Origin: Longimicrobiales bacterium
GTDB lineage: Bacteria; Gemmatimonadota; Gemmatimonadetes; Longimicrobiales; Gaopeijiaceae
Length of the DNA stretch: 64,000 nucleotides
Direction of reading: 5' to 3'
Assembly (NCBI GenBank): GCA_041690395.1
Contig: JAWLHJ010000001.1
Span: forward strand, 736,001 to 800,000
Shown: piece after piece, positions 19,135 to 28,526 of the stretch
Numbering within the stretch: the stretch's first letter is position 1
Layout: every line of letters starts with the position of its first letter
Position numbers and translations under genes: made by a program
Notes under the pieces: model-generated
Databases searched by the model: none
The model's input: the letters and a program-made list of their open reading frames with translations, nothing else
What the model was told of the DNA's origin: nothing

Positions 19135-20418
19135 TCAGTCCGTGGCGGCTGCAGCGGCCGCCTCGCCCGCCTGCGCTCGCGCCAGGTCACTCCCAGCCGG
19201 CTTCTGATACGCCCTCAGGCCGAACTCCGGCATGATCGCGAACAGGTGGTCGAAGATGTCCGCCTGGATGCCCTCGTAGTTGGCCCACGCCGTGTCGTTC
19301 GTGAAGCAGTAGAGCTCGAGCGGAAGCCCCTCGGGTCCGGGCTGCAGCTGGCGCACCAGAAGGGTCATCTCCGGATGGATGCGCGGATGGTTCCGCAGGT
19401 AGTGCAGCACGTACGCGCGGAACGTCCCCACGTTCGTGAGACGGCGGCGCTCTGGGATGACCCGCTCGTCGGGTGGCCGGCGCGCATTCGCCTCGGCGAG
19501 CTCCTTCCGCTTCTCCTCCATGTAGCCCGCGAGGAACTCGTACCGGCCCAGGCGCTCGATCTCGTCTTCGGTCAGGAAACGCACCGAGGTGACGTCGATG
19601 TGCAGCGGCCGCTTGATCCTGCGCCCGCCGCTCTCCTGCATCCCCCGCCAGTTCCGGAACGACTCGGAGATGAACTTGTGCGTGGGGATGGTCGTGTAGG
19701 TCTTGTCCCAGTTCTGGATCTTCACCGTGTGCAGCGCGATGTCGACCACGTCGCCGTCGGCGTGGGCCTGTGGCATCTCGACCCAGTCTCCGATCCGGAT
19801 CATGTCGTTGGACATGATCTGCACGCTGGCCACGAGTGAGAGGATCGTGTCGCGAAACACCAGGAGCAGCACCGCCGTGAGCGCGCCGAGGCCGGACAGG
19901 AAGATGATCGGCGAGCGATCGGCCACGATCGACACGATCAGGATGCCGGTCGCGACGTAGACGAAGATCGCCAGCACCTGCAGGTAGCCCTTGATGGGCC
20001 GGTTGTTCGCCTCGGCGTACGTCTCGCGGTAGATGTCGTCGACGGCCGAGAGGAAGCCGCCGAAGACGAGGGCTCCGGTGAGCACCATGTAGGCGGCCGC
20101 CACCCGTCGGACGACGAGGTAGGCGACGCCCAGGATCTCGGGGTCCGTGCCGGCCGCCGCTTCGCCCGGACCGATGCCCAGCGCGACGCCGATGCCGTAG
20201 TAGACGACGAGGGCGGGCGCCAGGTTGGCCAGGCGGTCGAACACCCGGCGGTCCATCATCCGGTCGTCCCAGGTGGAGCGCGTGTGCCTCGTGACGCGCT
20301 TGATCAGTGCGATGAAGACACGCCTCGTGCCGGCGTTCGCCGCCCAGGCGAGCAGCGCAAGGATCGTGAGCGAGCCGACCAGTCCCAGCCAGGGGTGCTG
20401 CGTGATGGTGTTTTCCAT
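19135..20418 (-). CDS. Mechanosensitive channel, MscS family (YbdG-like miniconductance type)
   Basis: GLGALTAVLLLVFRDTILSLVASVQ, IGDWVEMP, VKIQNWDKT, NWRGMQESGGRRIKR. Confidence 0.92.
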   Translation of the reverse strand: MENTITQHPWLGLVGSLTILALLAWAANAGTRRVFIALIKRVTRHTRSTWDDRMMDRRVFDRLANLAPALVVYYGIGVALGIGPGEAAAGTDPEILGVAYLVVRRVAAAYMVLTGALVFGGFLSAVDDIYRETYAEANNRPIKGYLQVLAIFVYVATGILIVSIVADRSPIIFLSGLGALTAVLLLVFRDTILSLVASVQIMSNDMIRIGDWVEMPQAHADGDVVDIALHTVKIQNWDKTYTTIPTHKFISESFRNWRGMQESGGRRIKRPLHIDVTSVRFLTEDEIERLGRYEFLAGYMEEKRKELAEANARRPPDERVIPERRRLTNVGTFRAYVLHYLRNHPRIHPEMTLLVRQLQPGPEGLPLELYCFTNDTAWANYEGIQADIFDHLFAIMPEFGLRAYQKPAGSDLARAQAGEAAAAAATD

Positions 20419-20689
20419 GCCAGGCATAACGTATACCGGGGCCCGTCGCGTCAACCCCGCCGAGCACCGCGCTGGGTGCACCAAAACAGTGCGTGCGCCG
20501 TGAGTCGCGCACCATATCGTCTGTACGAACAGGTGCACGGCCGGGCCGTCTGTGAAGTGTATGCAGTCTAAGTGTCCTTTTTATAGTCATTTACGATGGT
20601 CGCGTCCCCGTGGCCCGCCTGTTGCACCTGTCGAGGGTGAACGCGCCGGACGCTACGGCGCCTGATCCGCTCAACCCTCCGAGATCCAC

Positions 20690-21571
20690 ATGACTCACAT
20701 GCATCCGACACCTTCCCCCGGCCGCCGGAGAGGCGTGCGCTCGGCGGCCATGGTCCTTCTGGCCGCTGCATCCGTCGCTGCCTGCGACGGCGGCGTGGGT
20801 GTGGACGGTCCCGTCAACGCCACCCTCGCCTTCCAGGCCAGCCAGGCGACGGGCGCCGCCGCCTCTCCCGCCTCCATCGGGCCGGCCGGCTCCACGGCCC
20901 GCACCGCGAGCGGCCCCGCTCGTGCGATCGCGCTCGACGGCAGCAACGGCACGCTGGTCCTCGAAGAGGTCTACATGATCGTCTCCGAGGTCGAGCTCGA
21001 TTCCGACGACTGCGATGATGACGACTTCGAAGACGGCAACGACAGCGACGACGGCTTCCGCTGCGGCGACTTCGAGGCCGGCCCGCGCCTGGTGGCGCTG
21101 CCGCTCGACGGCTCTCCGGTCACGGCGTTCGAGGGCATGATCGCCGCGGGTCGCTACGACGAGCTCGAGTTCGAGGTCGAGGACCTCGAGGACGACGACG
21201 ACGACGACTGGCAGGAGATCGGGGCGCTGCGCGACGAGATCCTCGATCTGATTCCCGATTGGCCGCGCCGCGCCAGCCTCTACGTGGCCGGAACGTTCCA
21301 GCGTGATGGGGAGGACCCGGTCGCCTTCCGTACCTTCGTGGACGCCGAGATCGAAGTGGAGCTCGAGCTGAACCCACCGCTGGTGGTCGGTGACGACGGT
21401 ATCGACGATCCGCTGCTGGTGGTCGACGTGCGGCCCGACCTGTGGTTCCGCGACGGGCAGGGCGGGTACATCGATCTGACCGAGTGGGACTACGACGCCA
21501 CGGGTCTCGTTCTCGAGCTCGAGGTCGAGATCGAGGACGGCTTCGCCGAGGTCGAGTTCGACGACGACTGA
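20690..21571 (+). CDS. Acidic lipoprotein (DUF4382-like)
   Basis: Lipobox VAAC; Asp/Glu-rich; GRYDELEFEV motif resembles the 43095 protein's GDYTQLRL. Confidence 0.6.
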   Translation: MTHMHPTPSPGRRRGVRSAAMVLLAAASVAACDGGVGVDGPVNATLAFQASQATGAAASPASIGPAGSTARTASGPARAIALDGSNGTLVLEEVYMIVSEVELDSDDCDDDDFEDGNDSDDGFRCGDFEAGPRLVALPLDGSPVTAFEGMIAAGRYDELEFEVEDLEDDDDDDWQEIGALRDEILDLIPDWPRRASLYVAGTFQRDGEDPVAFRTFVDAEIEVELELNPPLVVGDDGIDDPLLVVDVRPDLWFRDGQGGYIDLTEWDYDATGLVLELEVEIEDGFAEVEFDDD

Positions 21572-21736
21572 CCGGCATCCGGACGTCTCGGGCGGGCTCG
21601 CCCCGACCTGGGCGCTCGAGCCGCGGTGGCGCGGCACTTCAGGCGAGGTCGATCCCGACAGGCACGGGGTCGGCCTCGCGGTCCGTGTACACGACGGTGT
21701 GCTGGCATCCCGCGGCGTGCGGTGCCAAGGTGAAGC

Positions 21737-22396
21737 ATGATGAGCCGATGGATCCTGATTCCGGCGTCGGCGCTCGTCCTGTTCGCCGCTTGGGGGTGTT
21801 GGGGGGAGGAGGAGCGCACCGTCGTGAGCTGGGCAGAGTTCCAGATCGTCCGCGGCGACGGGCCGCCGGAGCCCGTGCACCTCGAGGCACGTTGGCCCGA
21901 GGCGTACGCGTCCGGCACCGACTTCGAGCGTGTCTGGCAGGTCGTGGCCGAGGGCGACGCGCCGGTCGAGGCCGTGGCCGTCACGCTCACCGGTGGCGGC
22001 GAAGCGGATGCCGCGGGGGTCGCGTTGCTGGTCGGGATGGTGCTCGTGATCCCCGCCCCCATCCGGTCGGGTGGGTCCTGGAGCGTGACCGGAACGGAAG
22101 TTCCGCCCGGCGGGGACCTGATGCCGATGGACTGGTCCGTCTGGGGAGTGCGGACGCCGCAGCGCGTCGGAGAGGCCGGGGTCGCGCTCCGGATGTTCGA
22201 CTACCACACCCTCGATATGGCGCGCGAGAACCGGTTCGTCGCGACCGGGGTCACCGGGACCCTCTCGGTCCTCGCCCGCTACGACGAGGAAGTCGAGCTC
22301 GGGATCGACCTGGAGGTCGTCGACGTGTCGGGCCGGGTCGCGAACATCTCGGGCACGCTACGCCTATGGGGGGAGCGCTACACGCCGCCGGCGTGA
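21737..22396 (+). CDS. Hypothetical exported protein/lipoprotein
   Basis: Hydrophobic N-terminus ending AWGC; coding-like composition. Confidence 0.6.
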   Translation: MMSRWILIPASALVLFAAWGCWGEEERTVVSWAEFQIVRGDGPPEPVHLEARWPEAYASGTDFERVWQVVAEGDAPVEAVAVTLTGGGEADAAGVALLVGMVLVIPAPIRSGGSWSVTGTEVPPGGDLMPMDWSVWGVRTPQRVGEAGVALRMFDYHTLDMARENRFVATGVTGTLSVLARYDEEVELGIDLEVVDVSGRVANISGTLRLWGERYTPPA

Positions 22397-22429
22397 CGGG
22401 GCGGCGGCGACGTCACGGGGTCTCCGCCG

Positions 22430-24217
22430 TCATGCGTCGCGCGTCAGGTACAACACCTCGTCCCCGGGCCGGAGCTCGAGATCGGAGTGGACCGGATCGG
22501 CCTCGCCGTCCCTGAAGACGACGAGGGGGAGCCCGGTCCCCGTCTTCCTGAGCTCCGTGACGAGCGCTTCGGCGGACATCTCCCGCTCGACGCGGTAGCG
22601 CTCCTGGCGGACGGCTCCGTGGACGAGGTGGTGGTCCCAGTCCGCGAGGACCGCGGGTGTGCCGAACAGCGCCGACGCGCCCAGGTGCTTGAGGGAAACC
22701 CGATCACCCTCTCTCGCCGAACCCTCCCGAGCCACGTAGACCTCGGGGACCATGAAGGTCGAGCGTGCCATCTGAGCGGCGAGGGCGTTGATCTCGGTAT
22801 TGCTGGTCATGGCCAGCAACATGGTCGCGCCGCCCGCGTGCGCCTCACTGAGCACCTGCTCTTCGAGGGCGTTGCCGCACACCGCGTGCAGCCCGTCGTC
22901 GGTCGCGGCGTCGCAGTGCTTCTGGTTGCGGTCGACCATCCAGACGGGGCGGCTCTCGGAGAGCGCCCTCGCCAACTCGCGGCTGAGCGGTCCGGCCCCG
23001 AGGATGAGCGCGCCCCGGCGCGCCCCGCTCGTCCGCACGAGCTCGCCGCGCGACCGAAGCCAATCGGTTCCCCACTTGAGCAGGAACGGCACAGTGGCGG
23101 TGGTGAAGATGGCCATGAACACCAGGATCGAGAAAAGCTCCTGGGTGATGATCCCCATCTCGAGCGCGATCCCGGCGATGATGATCTCGACGGCTCCGCG
23201 CCCGTTCATGCCACCACCGATGGTGAGGCCCTCCCGCCACCCGTTGCCGCTGGCCATGTAGAAGACGGCCGTGCCGACGATCTTGCCGACCGTCGCCACC
23301 CCGAGGATCGATAGGAACAGCCAGAGATCCGCCCCGAACACGGAGAGCGAGACCTGGAAGCCGGCGGTCACGAAGAAGATCGGCGCCAGGAAGCCGATCG
23401 ACGCGTCCCGGACCGCGCCCATCAGGTCGCGGGTGAGCGTTGCGCCGAGCACGCCCTCGCGGAGGAAGAGCCCGGCGATGAACGCCCCGAGGACGGCGTG
23501 CAGCCCGGCGAGGTGCGCGAGCTCACCGAACGACACGGCGAGCAGCAACGCCAGCGTGAAGTGGAACGTCCGGTTCGTCATGCCGGCCTGCGTGAGCTTG
23601 CGTCCCACGATCGGGAAGACCTTCAGGCCCAGCACCACCGTCACGGCGAAGAAGGCGAGCACCTGCGCGCCCACGCGCATCACCGAGGTGACGTCGAACG
23701 ACCCGGCTTCGACCGTGCTCAGCACGCCCGCGAAGACCACGAGAGACAGCGTGTCCGCGATGAGCGCCCCCGACATCATGACGCTCGCGATGCGCGTGTC
23801 GAGCAAGCGGAGATCCACGAGGATCCGCGACTTGGTCGTCAGCGAGGTGACGCCCGCCGCGATGCCGACGAAGACGCCGCTCAGCGGCGTGCCGCCGAAA
23901 TGCAGGACCACGAAGTAGGCCATCACGAACGGCGTGACGAAGCCGCCGATCGCCGCCAGGAACCCTCCCCACGAGGCCTTCCCGAGCTCTTTCGGCTCGA
24001 TCTCCATGCCGACGTAGAGCATCATGAGCAGGATGCCCACCTCGGCCAGCACGGCGAGGGCCGGATCTCCCGTGAGCAGGCCCAGGATCGGCGGCCCCAG
24101 CAGGATGCCGATGAGCAGCTCGCCGAGGACGGCAGGGTAGCCGACGCGCATGGCCAGGGCGCCACCCATCCACGCGGCGAGGAGGACGAAGAGCAGGTTG
24201 GCGAGACTCAGATCCAT
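22430..24217 (-). CDS. Cation:proton antiporter (CPA2/Kef-like) with TrkA-N/RCK domain
   Basis: Many TM helices, PAVLGELLIGILLGP, GGGMNGRG; C-terminal ILGAGPLS Rossmann motif. Confidence 0.88.
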   Translation of the reverse strand: MDLSLANLLFVLLAAWMGGALAMRVGYPAVLGELLIGILLGPPILGLLTGDPALAVLAEVGILLMMLYVGMEIEPKELGKASWGGFLAAIGGFVTPFVMAYFVVLHFGGTPLSGVFVGIAAGVTSLTTKSRILVDLRLLDTRIASVMMSGALIADTLSLVVFAGVLSTVEAGSFDVTSVMRVGAQVLAFFAVTVVLGLKVFPIVGRKLTQAGMTNRTFHFTLALLLAVSFGELAHLAGLHAVLGAFIAGLFLREGVLGATLTRDLMGAVRDASIGFLAPIFFVTAGFQVSLSVFGADLWLFLSILGVATVGKIVGTAVFYMASGNGWREGLTIGGGMNGRGAVEIIIAGIALEMGIITQELFSILVFMAIFTTATVPFLLKWGTDWLRSRGELVRTSGARRGALILGAGPLSRELARALSESRPVWMVDRNQKHCDAATDDGLHAVCGNALEEQVLSEAHAGGATMLLAMTSNTEINALAAQMARSTFMVPEVYVAREGSAREGDRVSLKHLGASALFGTPAVLADWDHHLVHGAVRQERYRVEREMSAEALVTELRKTGTGLPLVVFRDGEADPVHSDLELRPGDEVLYLTRDA

Positions 24218-24337
24218 GTCCGGCGGGGTTGGGGCGTCGGGGACCACCGTACGGCGGTCATCGGACCAGGCGACTCCAATCGAGCGAACAAGATAACAAG
24301 GTAATACGGGGCTCCTGCCCCGGGGGTGTGCCGCCGC

Positions 24338-25807
24338 TCAGCGAGACCCGACCAGCACCCACTCCTCCTGGGGCGGAACGAGCCACCGGGCCCCGTCCTC
24401 GGTCACGACGGCCATCTCCTCGACCGAGATGAGCTTGGTCGGTCGGTCCGGATCGACGGCCGGAAAGCCATCGCCCGCGGGATCGCCGTCCAGGTACCAC
24501 GAGAAGAAGCCGTCGAACGCGAACACCTGACCGGGGAGCAGGGGCCTGAGGGCCTGGGGGGAGGGCGAGCGGCCCCGCTGGGCGCCACCGATGGAAGGTC
24601 CCACGTCGTGCGCCCAGTAGCCGACCGGGTGGCCGGTGTTCCAGTAGACGTCGAGCGAGCCCGCCTCGTCCATGACCTCGCGCTGGGCCCGGTCCACGTC
24701 CGTTCCCGTGGCGCCGGGACGCATGGCCTCGAACGCCGCCCGACTCCCGGCTTTCGCCGACTCCCAGTACCGCTGCATGTGCTCCGGCGGCACCGACTCG
24801 TCCGGCCCGAGCACGTACGCGAAGCGCTGGATGTCGGACACCCACATGTCCCACACGCGAATGCCGAAGTCCGTCTGGATCACGTCACCCGGCCGGATGA
24901 CCCGGTCGGTGGCGTGCGAGTGTCCCCGGTCGGGGCCGGAGTTGACGTTCGGATTCTGATCCGGCGCCCAGCCGTCGCCCACCCCGAGCTGAGCCATGCG
25001 GCGCTTCAGGAACTGGGCGACGTCGGCGTCGGTCGTCTCGCCGGGAATGATACGCGCATAGGCCTCGAGCTCGAGCGCCGCGGTGATCTCGGCAGCCCGG
25101 GACAGGATCTCGACCTCGCGGTCGGTCTTCACCGAGAGCCACTGGATGACGAGCTCCTCGGACGAGACGACGCGGTTCAGGTAGCCGGGCCCCAGCGCCT
25201 CGGCGAACTCCTGCCACTGCGTGTGGGTGAGGCCGTCGGCCACCGCCAGGCCGGAGCTGTTCACCGCGATGGTGGCCGGGCCCCGCGCCCGCAGCTCCCG
25301 CGCGGCTGCCTCGAACGCCGTCTCGCCCGAGAGGACGGCCACGCTGTCCTGCAGCCCGACGTCACGGAGCGCGGTCGCTTCGCCCCCGGGAGAGAAGGCC
25401 AGGGCATGGACGCCCGCGGAGCCGTCCGGGCCCGCGGGCTCCCGGAAGAACAGAAAGGCGGCCAGACCACCCGCGTTCTCGGCGCCCACGTGGTGGGCCA
25501 GCGGGTCGTTGTCGTTCTCCCGCGCGAAGAGGACCCAGGCTTCCACTTCCGCGCGCTCCATCGCCGGCCCGAGCAGCTCGCGGATCCGCTCCTCACGGAT
25601 CTCCGCCCAGGGGTGCTCGTCGGGCGGGAAGGGGAGCCCCGGCCCGTCCCAGGCACGCGGCACCTCGAACGCCGGTGGGCCGAGGGGGAGCCCCTCGGCG
25701 GCGACCGCCGGATCGAACGGATCGCCCGCGGGCGCCGCCGCGTCACCGCACGCGGCCAGGAGCATAGTGGCCATGGCAAGGAGGGTGGCTCGGTCGGACC
25801 GACGCAT
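24338..25807 (-). CDS. M24 family metallopeptidase (Xaa-Pro peptidase-like), lipoprotein
   Basis: Lipobox LAAC; VKTDREVE, TDFG...SDIQR, TGHPVGYWAHD, VEEMAVV. Confidence 0.85.
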   Translation of the reverse strand: MRRSDRATLLAMATMLLAACGDAAAPAGDPFDPAVAAEGLPLGPPAFEVPRAWDGPGLPFPPDEHPWAEIREERIRELLGPAMERAEVEAWVLFARENDNDPLAHHVGAENAGGLAAFLFFREPAGPDGSAGVHALAFSPGGEATALRDVGLQDSVAVLSGETAFEAAARELRARGPATIAVNSSGLAVADGLTHTQWQEFAEALGPGYLNRVVSSEELVIQWLSVKTDREVEILSRAAEITAALELEAYARIIPGETTDADVAQFLKRRMAQLGVGDGWAPDQNPNVNSGPDRGHSHATDRVIRPGDVIQTDFGIRVWDMWVSDIQRFAYVLGPDESVPPEHMQRYWESAKAGSRAAFEAMRPGATGTDVDRAQREVMDEAGSLDVYWNTGHPVGYWAHDVGPSIGGAQRGRSPSPQALRPLLPGQVFAFDGFFSWYLDGDPAGDGFPAVDPDRPTKLISVEEMAVVTEDGARWLVPPQEEWVLVGSR

Positions 25808-25877
25808 CGAAATCTCCTGGGTCGCGTGTCTGCCTACTGGGGCCTGCCGCCTGCTATGGCTCCCATACCACGGGCTG

Positions 25878-28307
25878 CTACGGCCACGGAAGGTAAAGCT
25901 CGATGACTCCGGTGCGGAGCGGGGGCACCTCGCCGAGCGTCAGGTAGCGCTCGATCTCGCGCCGGGCCCGGTCCCGCTGCGCCTGCTCCTCCGCGTCCTG
26001 ACCCGGCGCCGCCGCGAGGCCCTCGGCCAGCGTGGCCAGCCGCCGATCCGCGGCGTTCTGCACCTCGGATGTGACGTCGTCGTCGGCGACCAGGGTGAAG
26101 ATCCCGTCCAGCACCGCGCGCTCCGTCCCCCTCAGGTAGGCGCGCTCCGTCACCGACGTCGGCCGGGTCCGTCCCCAGGTCGCCTCGACCAGGGTGCCCA
26201 GCAGCTCGTCGAGGGACAGCTGCGACCCGTCCCGCGCGTGGAACGCGGCCACCCGCGCCACGCGCTCGGGGTGCAGCACGTTGTCCACCACTTCCTGGGA
26301 GAAGCTCCTCGCGATGGCCTGCGCGTCGAGGGCCGGCCCGCCCGGAGTGGGGATCCACGGAACGAGCTCCTCGTACCCCTCCGGGATCGGCGGAATGAGG
26401 TCGATGATCCGCTCCGGGACCGCCACCTCCTCGGGCGCGAGCACCGCCACGATCCGGTCGAGGGCCCTCCGCTGCTCCGCGGCGTCGATCACCTCGCGCG
26501 GGGTCTGCCCGTCTCCCCGGAGCGCATGCGTGAACCACATGCCGCCGATGTACTTCACCACCGCCTCGACCTGGTAGCGATGGTGCAGGTACGCGTGCGC
26601 GAGCCGGTGGTTGAGCCACGCCATCGGCTCTCCCGGGCGGATGGCCCGCTCGTCGAAGTGCTCGAGGATGACCCGCCGTACGGCCACGCTCCGCTCGAGC
26701 GCCTCGAACGGCTCGTCGCCCTCCCACCACATGTGCGAATCCGGCTGTGAGCCCGCGAGGTCCCGCGCGTACCCTCCGGTGATGAACCGGTGCCCGCGGT
26801 CGAGCGCCTCCTGGGAGATGGCCGCCAGCCCCGCACGCTCCGCCTCGGCGTCGGGATACCACGTGTACGCGTAGCGAATGGCCAGCGAGTCCCCGTAGCC
26901 GATGCCGTCGCGGTACGCCTCCGATATGTCGAGCACGCCGTCGTCGAGCTGAATGAGCGGGAACGGGTAGTCCATGACCGACGCCCGCCCCTGCGCCGCT
27001 GCGCTGTGGTTGTGCGGCAGCCCGATCGCGTGGCCGAGCTCGTGGGCCGTGTGCTGCTTGCGCCGGGCCATCGCGAACTCTTCGGCGGTCAGCTGGGGCG
27101 TGACGCCGAGCGCGTCGTACGCCGGGAGGAGGCCGGCGTAGATGTTGTAGTCGACCAGCGACCGGTACGAGTCCATCTGGGTGATGGCCTGGAGCATCTC
27201 GCCGGTGGCCGGATGGCGGAAGCTGTTCCCGGTCGACGGTCCGGGTCCGGTCCGGTGCACGGCCTGGAGCACCGAGTAGCGCGCGTCCATCTGATGTACA
27301 CCCTCGGGCAGATCACGCACCTGGAACGCGTTCCGGAATCCGGCCGCCTCGAACGCCGTGTTCCACCAGAGGGCGCCCTCACGGTAGGCGGAGCGGTACG
27401 GCTCCGGGATGCCCGGGTCGAGGTGGATCACGATCGGCGTCACCGGCTCGGTGAGCTCACCGCGCAGGTAGGCCGCCGGATCGCTCGGCTCCAACCGCCA
27501 GCGCGCCACCGAGCGGAGCCGGAACTCCCCGTCGAACGGCTGCGAGTAGTCCTGGACGGTAGGCGCCGAGTTGCCGGTGCGAGGATCGTAGTGACGCTGG
27601 GCGAGCGGCGGATCCGGCAGCGGCAGGAAGGAGTGATGCTGCTGGACCGTCACCGACCGGCCGTCGGGAGCGTGCTCCCGGAAGACCGCGTGCGGGTTGT
27701 CCGACGCGAAGGTGAGCGTGGCGCGGATCTCGGTGTTCATGGGGAACGCGTTCGTGTGCTCCTCCGCGATGAAGCTGCGGTCGCGGTCGAGCCGCAGGTC
27801 GCCCAGCCCAGCCCGACGCGCGGAGCCGAGCACGCCCGTGACGTCGCTCAGCAGGAAGTCGGTCGCGTCGACCACCAGCCTCCCGCCCACCGACTCCACG
27901 ATCGGCATCGACGCCAGGATCGAGGGCGCGAACGACTCCTCCACCGCGTGGACCTCGCCGGGGTCGCCCGAGCTCGCCACCACGCCGACGTTCCGCTGGA
28001 TCAGCAGGACCCGCGGGCCTCGGCGCTCGAAGCGCACCACCCGGGCGTCACCGGTCGCGCCCCGGTCCAGCCGGATCGGCTCGAGGCTCCCGATACCCTG
28101 CGCCAGCGCATCCATGTACAGGAAGTCCTCGCCGAGACGGTTGACCTCGAGGTGGATGTCTCCGGTCTCCGCGTCCATGCGGATCGGGAGGAATGCCTCC
28201 TGGAACGCCGCCGCGGGGGTCGCCGGCAGCAGCGTGAGGAGCGCGAGAATCGCCAGGGTGGCGAGCCCCATCGGGGCGCGGAGCCGGAGTCGCGGAGCCG
28301 GATGCAT
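25878..28307 (-). CDS. Secreted zinc-dependent metalloprotease (EcxA/DUF5117-like metzincin)
   Basis: HELGHAIGLPHN and Met-turn SVMDYP; signal peptide; start ATG 28307. Confidence 0.88.
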   Translation of the reverse strand: MHPAPRLRLRAPMGLATLAILALLTLLPATPAAAFQEAFLPIRMDAETGDIHLEVNRLGEDFLYMDALAQGIGSLEPIRLDRGATGDARVVRFERRGPRVLLIQRNVGVVASSGDPGEVHAVEESFAPSILASMPIVESVGGRLVVDATDFLLSDVTGVLGSARRAGLGDLRLDRDRSFIAEEHTNAFPMNTEIRATLTFASDNPHAVFREHAPDGRSVTVQQHHSFLPLPDPPLAQRHYDPRTGNSAPTVQDYSQPFDGEFRLRSVARWRLEPSDPAAYLRGELTEPVTPIVIHLDPGIPEPYRSAYREGALWWNTAFEAAGFRNAFQVRDLPEGVHQMDARYSVLQAVHRTGPGPSTGNSFRHPATGEMLQAITQMDSYRSLVDYNIYAGLLPAYDALGVTPQLTAEEFAMARRKQHTAHELGHAIGLPHNHSAAAQGRASVMDYPFPLIQLDDGVLDISEAYRDGIGYGDSLAIRYAYTWYPDAEAERAGLAAISQEALDRGHRFITGGYARDLAGSQPDSHMWWEGDEPFEALERSVAVRRVILEHFDERAIRPGEPMAWLNHRLAHAYLHHRYQVEAVVKYIGGMWFTHALRGDGQTPREVIDAAEQRRALDRIVAVLAPEEVAVPERIIDLIPPIPEGYEELVPWIPTPGGPALDAQAIARSFSQEVVDNVLHPERVARVAAFHARDGSQLSLDELLGTLVEATWGRTRPTSVTERAYLRGTERAVLDGIFTLVADDDVTSEVQNAADRRLATLAEGLAAAPGQDAEEQAQRDRARREIERYLTLGEVPPLRTGVIELYLPWP

Positions 28308-28526
28308 GTCGGAGCCTCCTGTCTTGCGGTGTGCCGGGCGGGGGGCGGGATGGACGGTCCCGGACCATGCCGGGCAACGTACGTGCGCGTCCGGGGGGTG
28401 GCAAAGCGGGGCCCGACGCCTTCTTTTGCCCACCGCGCGCATAGCCACGTCACGACGTCCACCCTCGCAGGAGCGTGTCCGTGAACGACGCCGTCCGAGG
28501 TCTCACAGCCCCAGGGGCTCGCTGAC

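Noticed and set aside
20550..20600. AT-rich patch between mscS and the lipoprotein gene
   Set aside because: Probably an ordinary divergent promoter; no convincing motif could be assigned.
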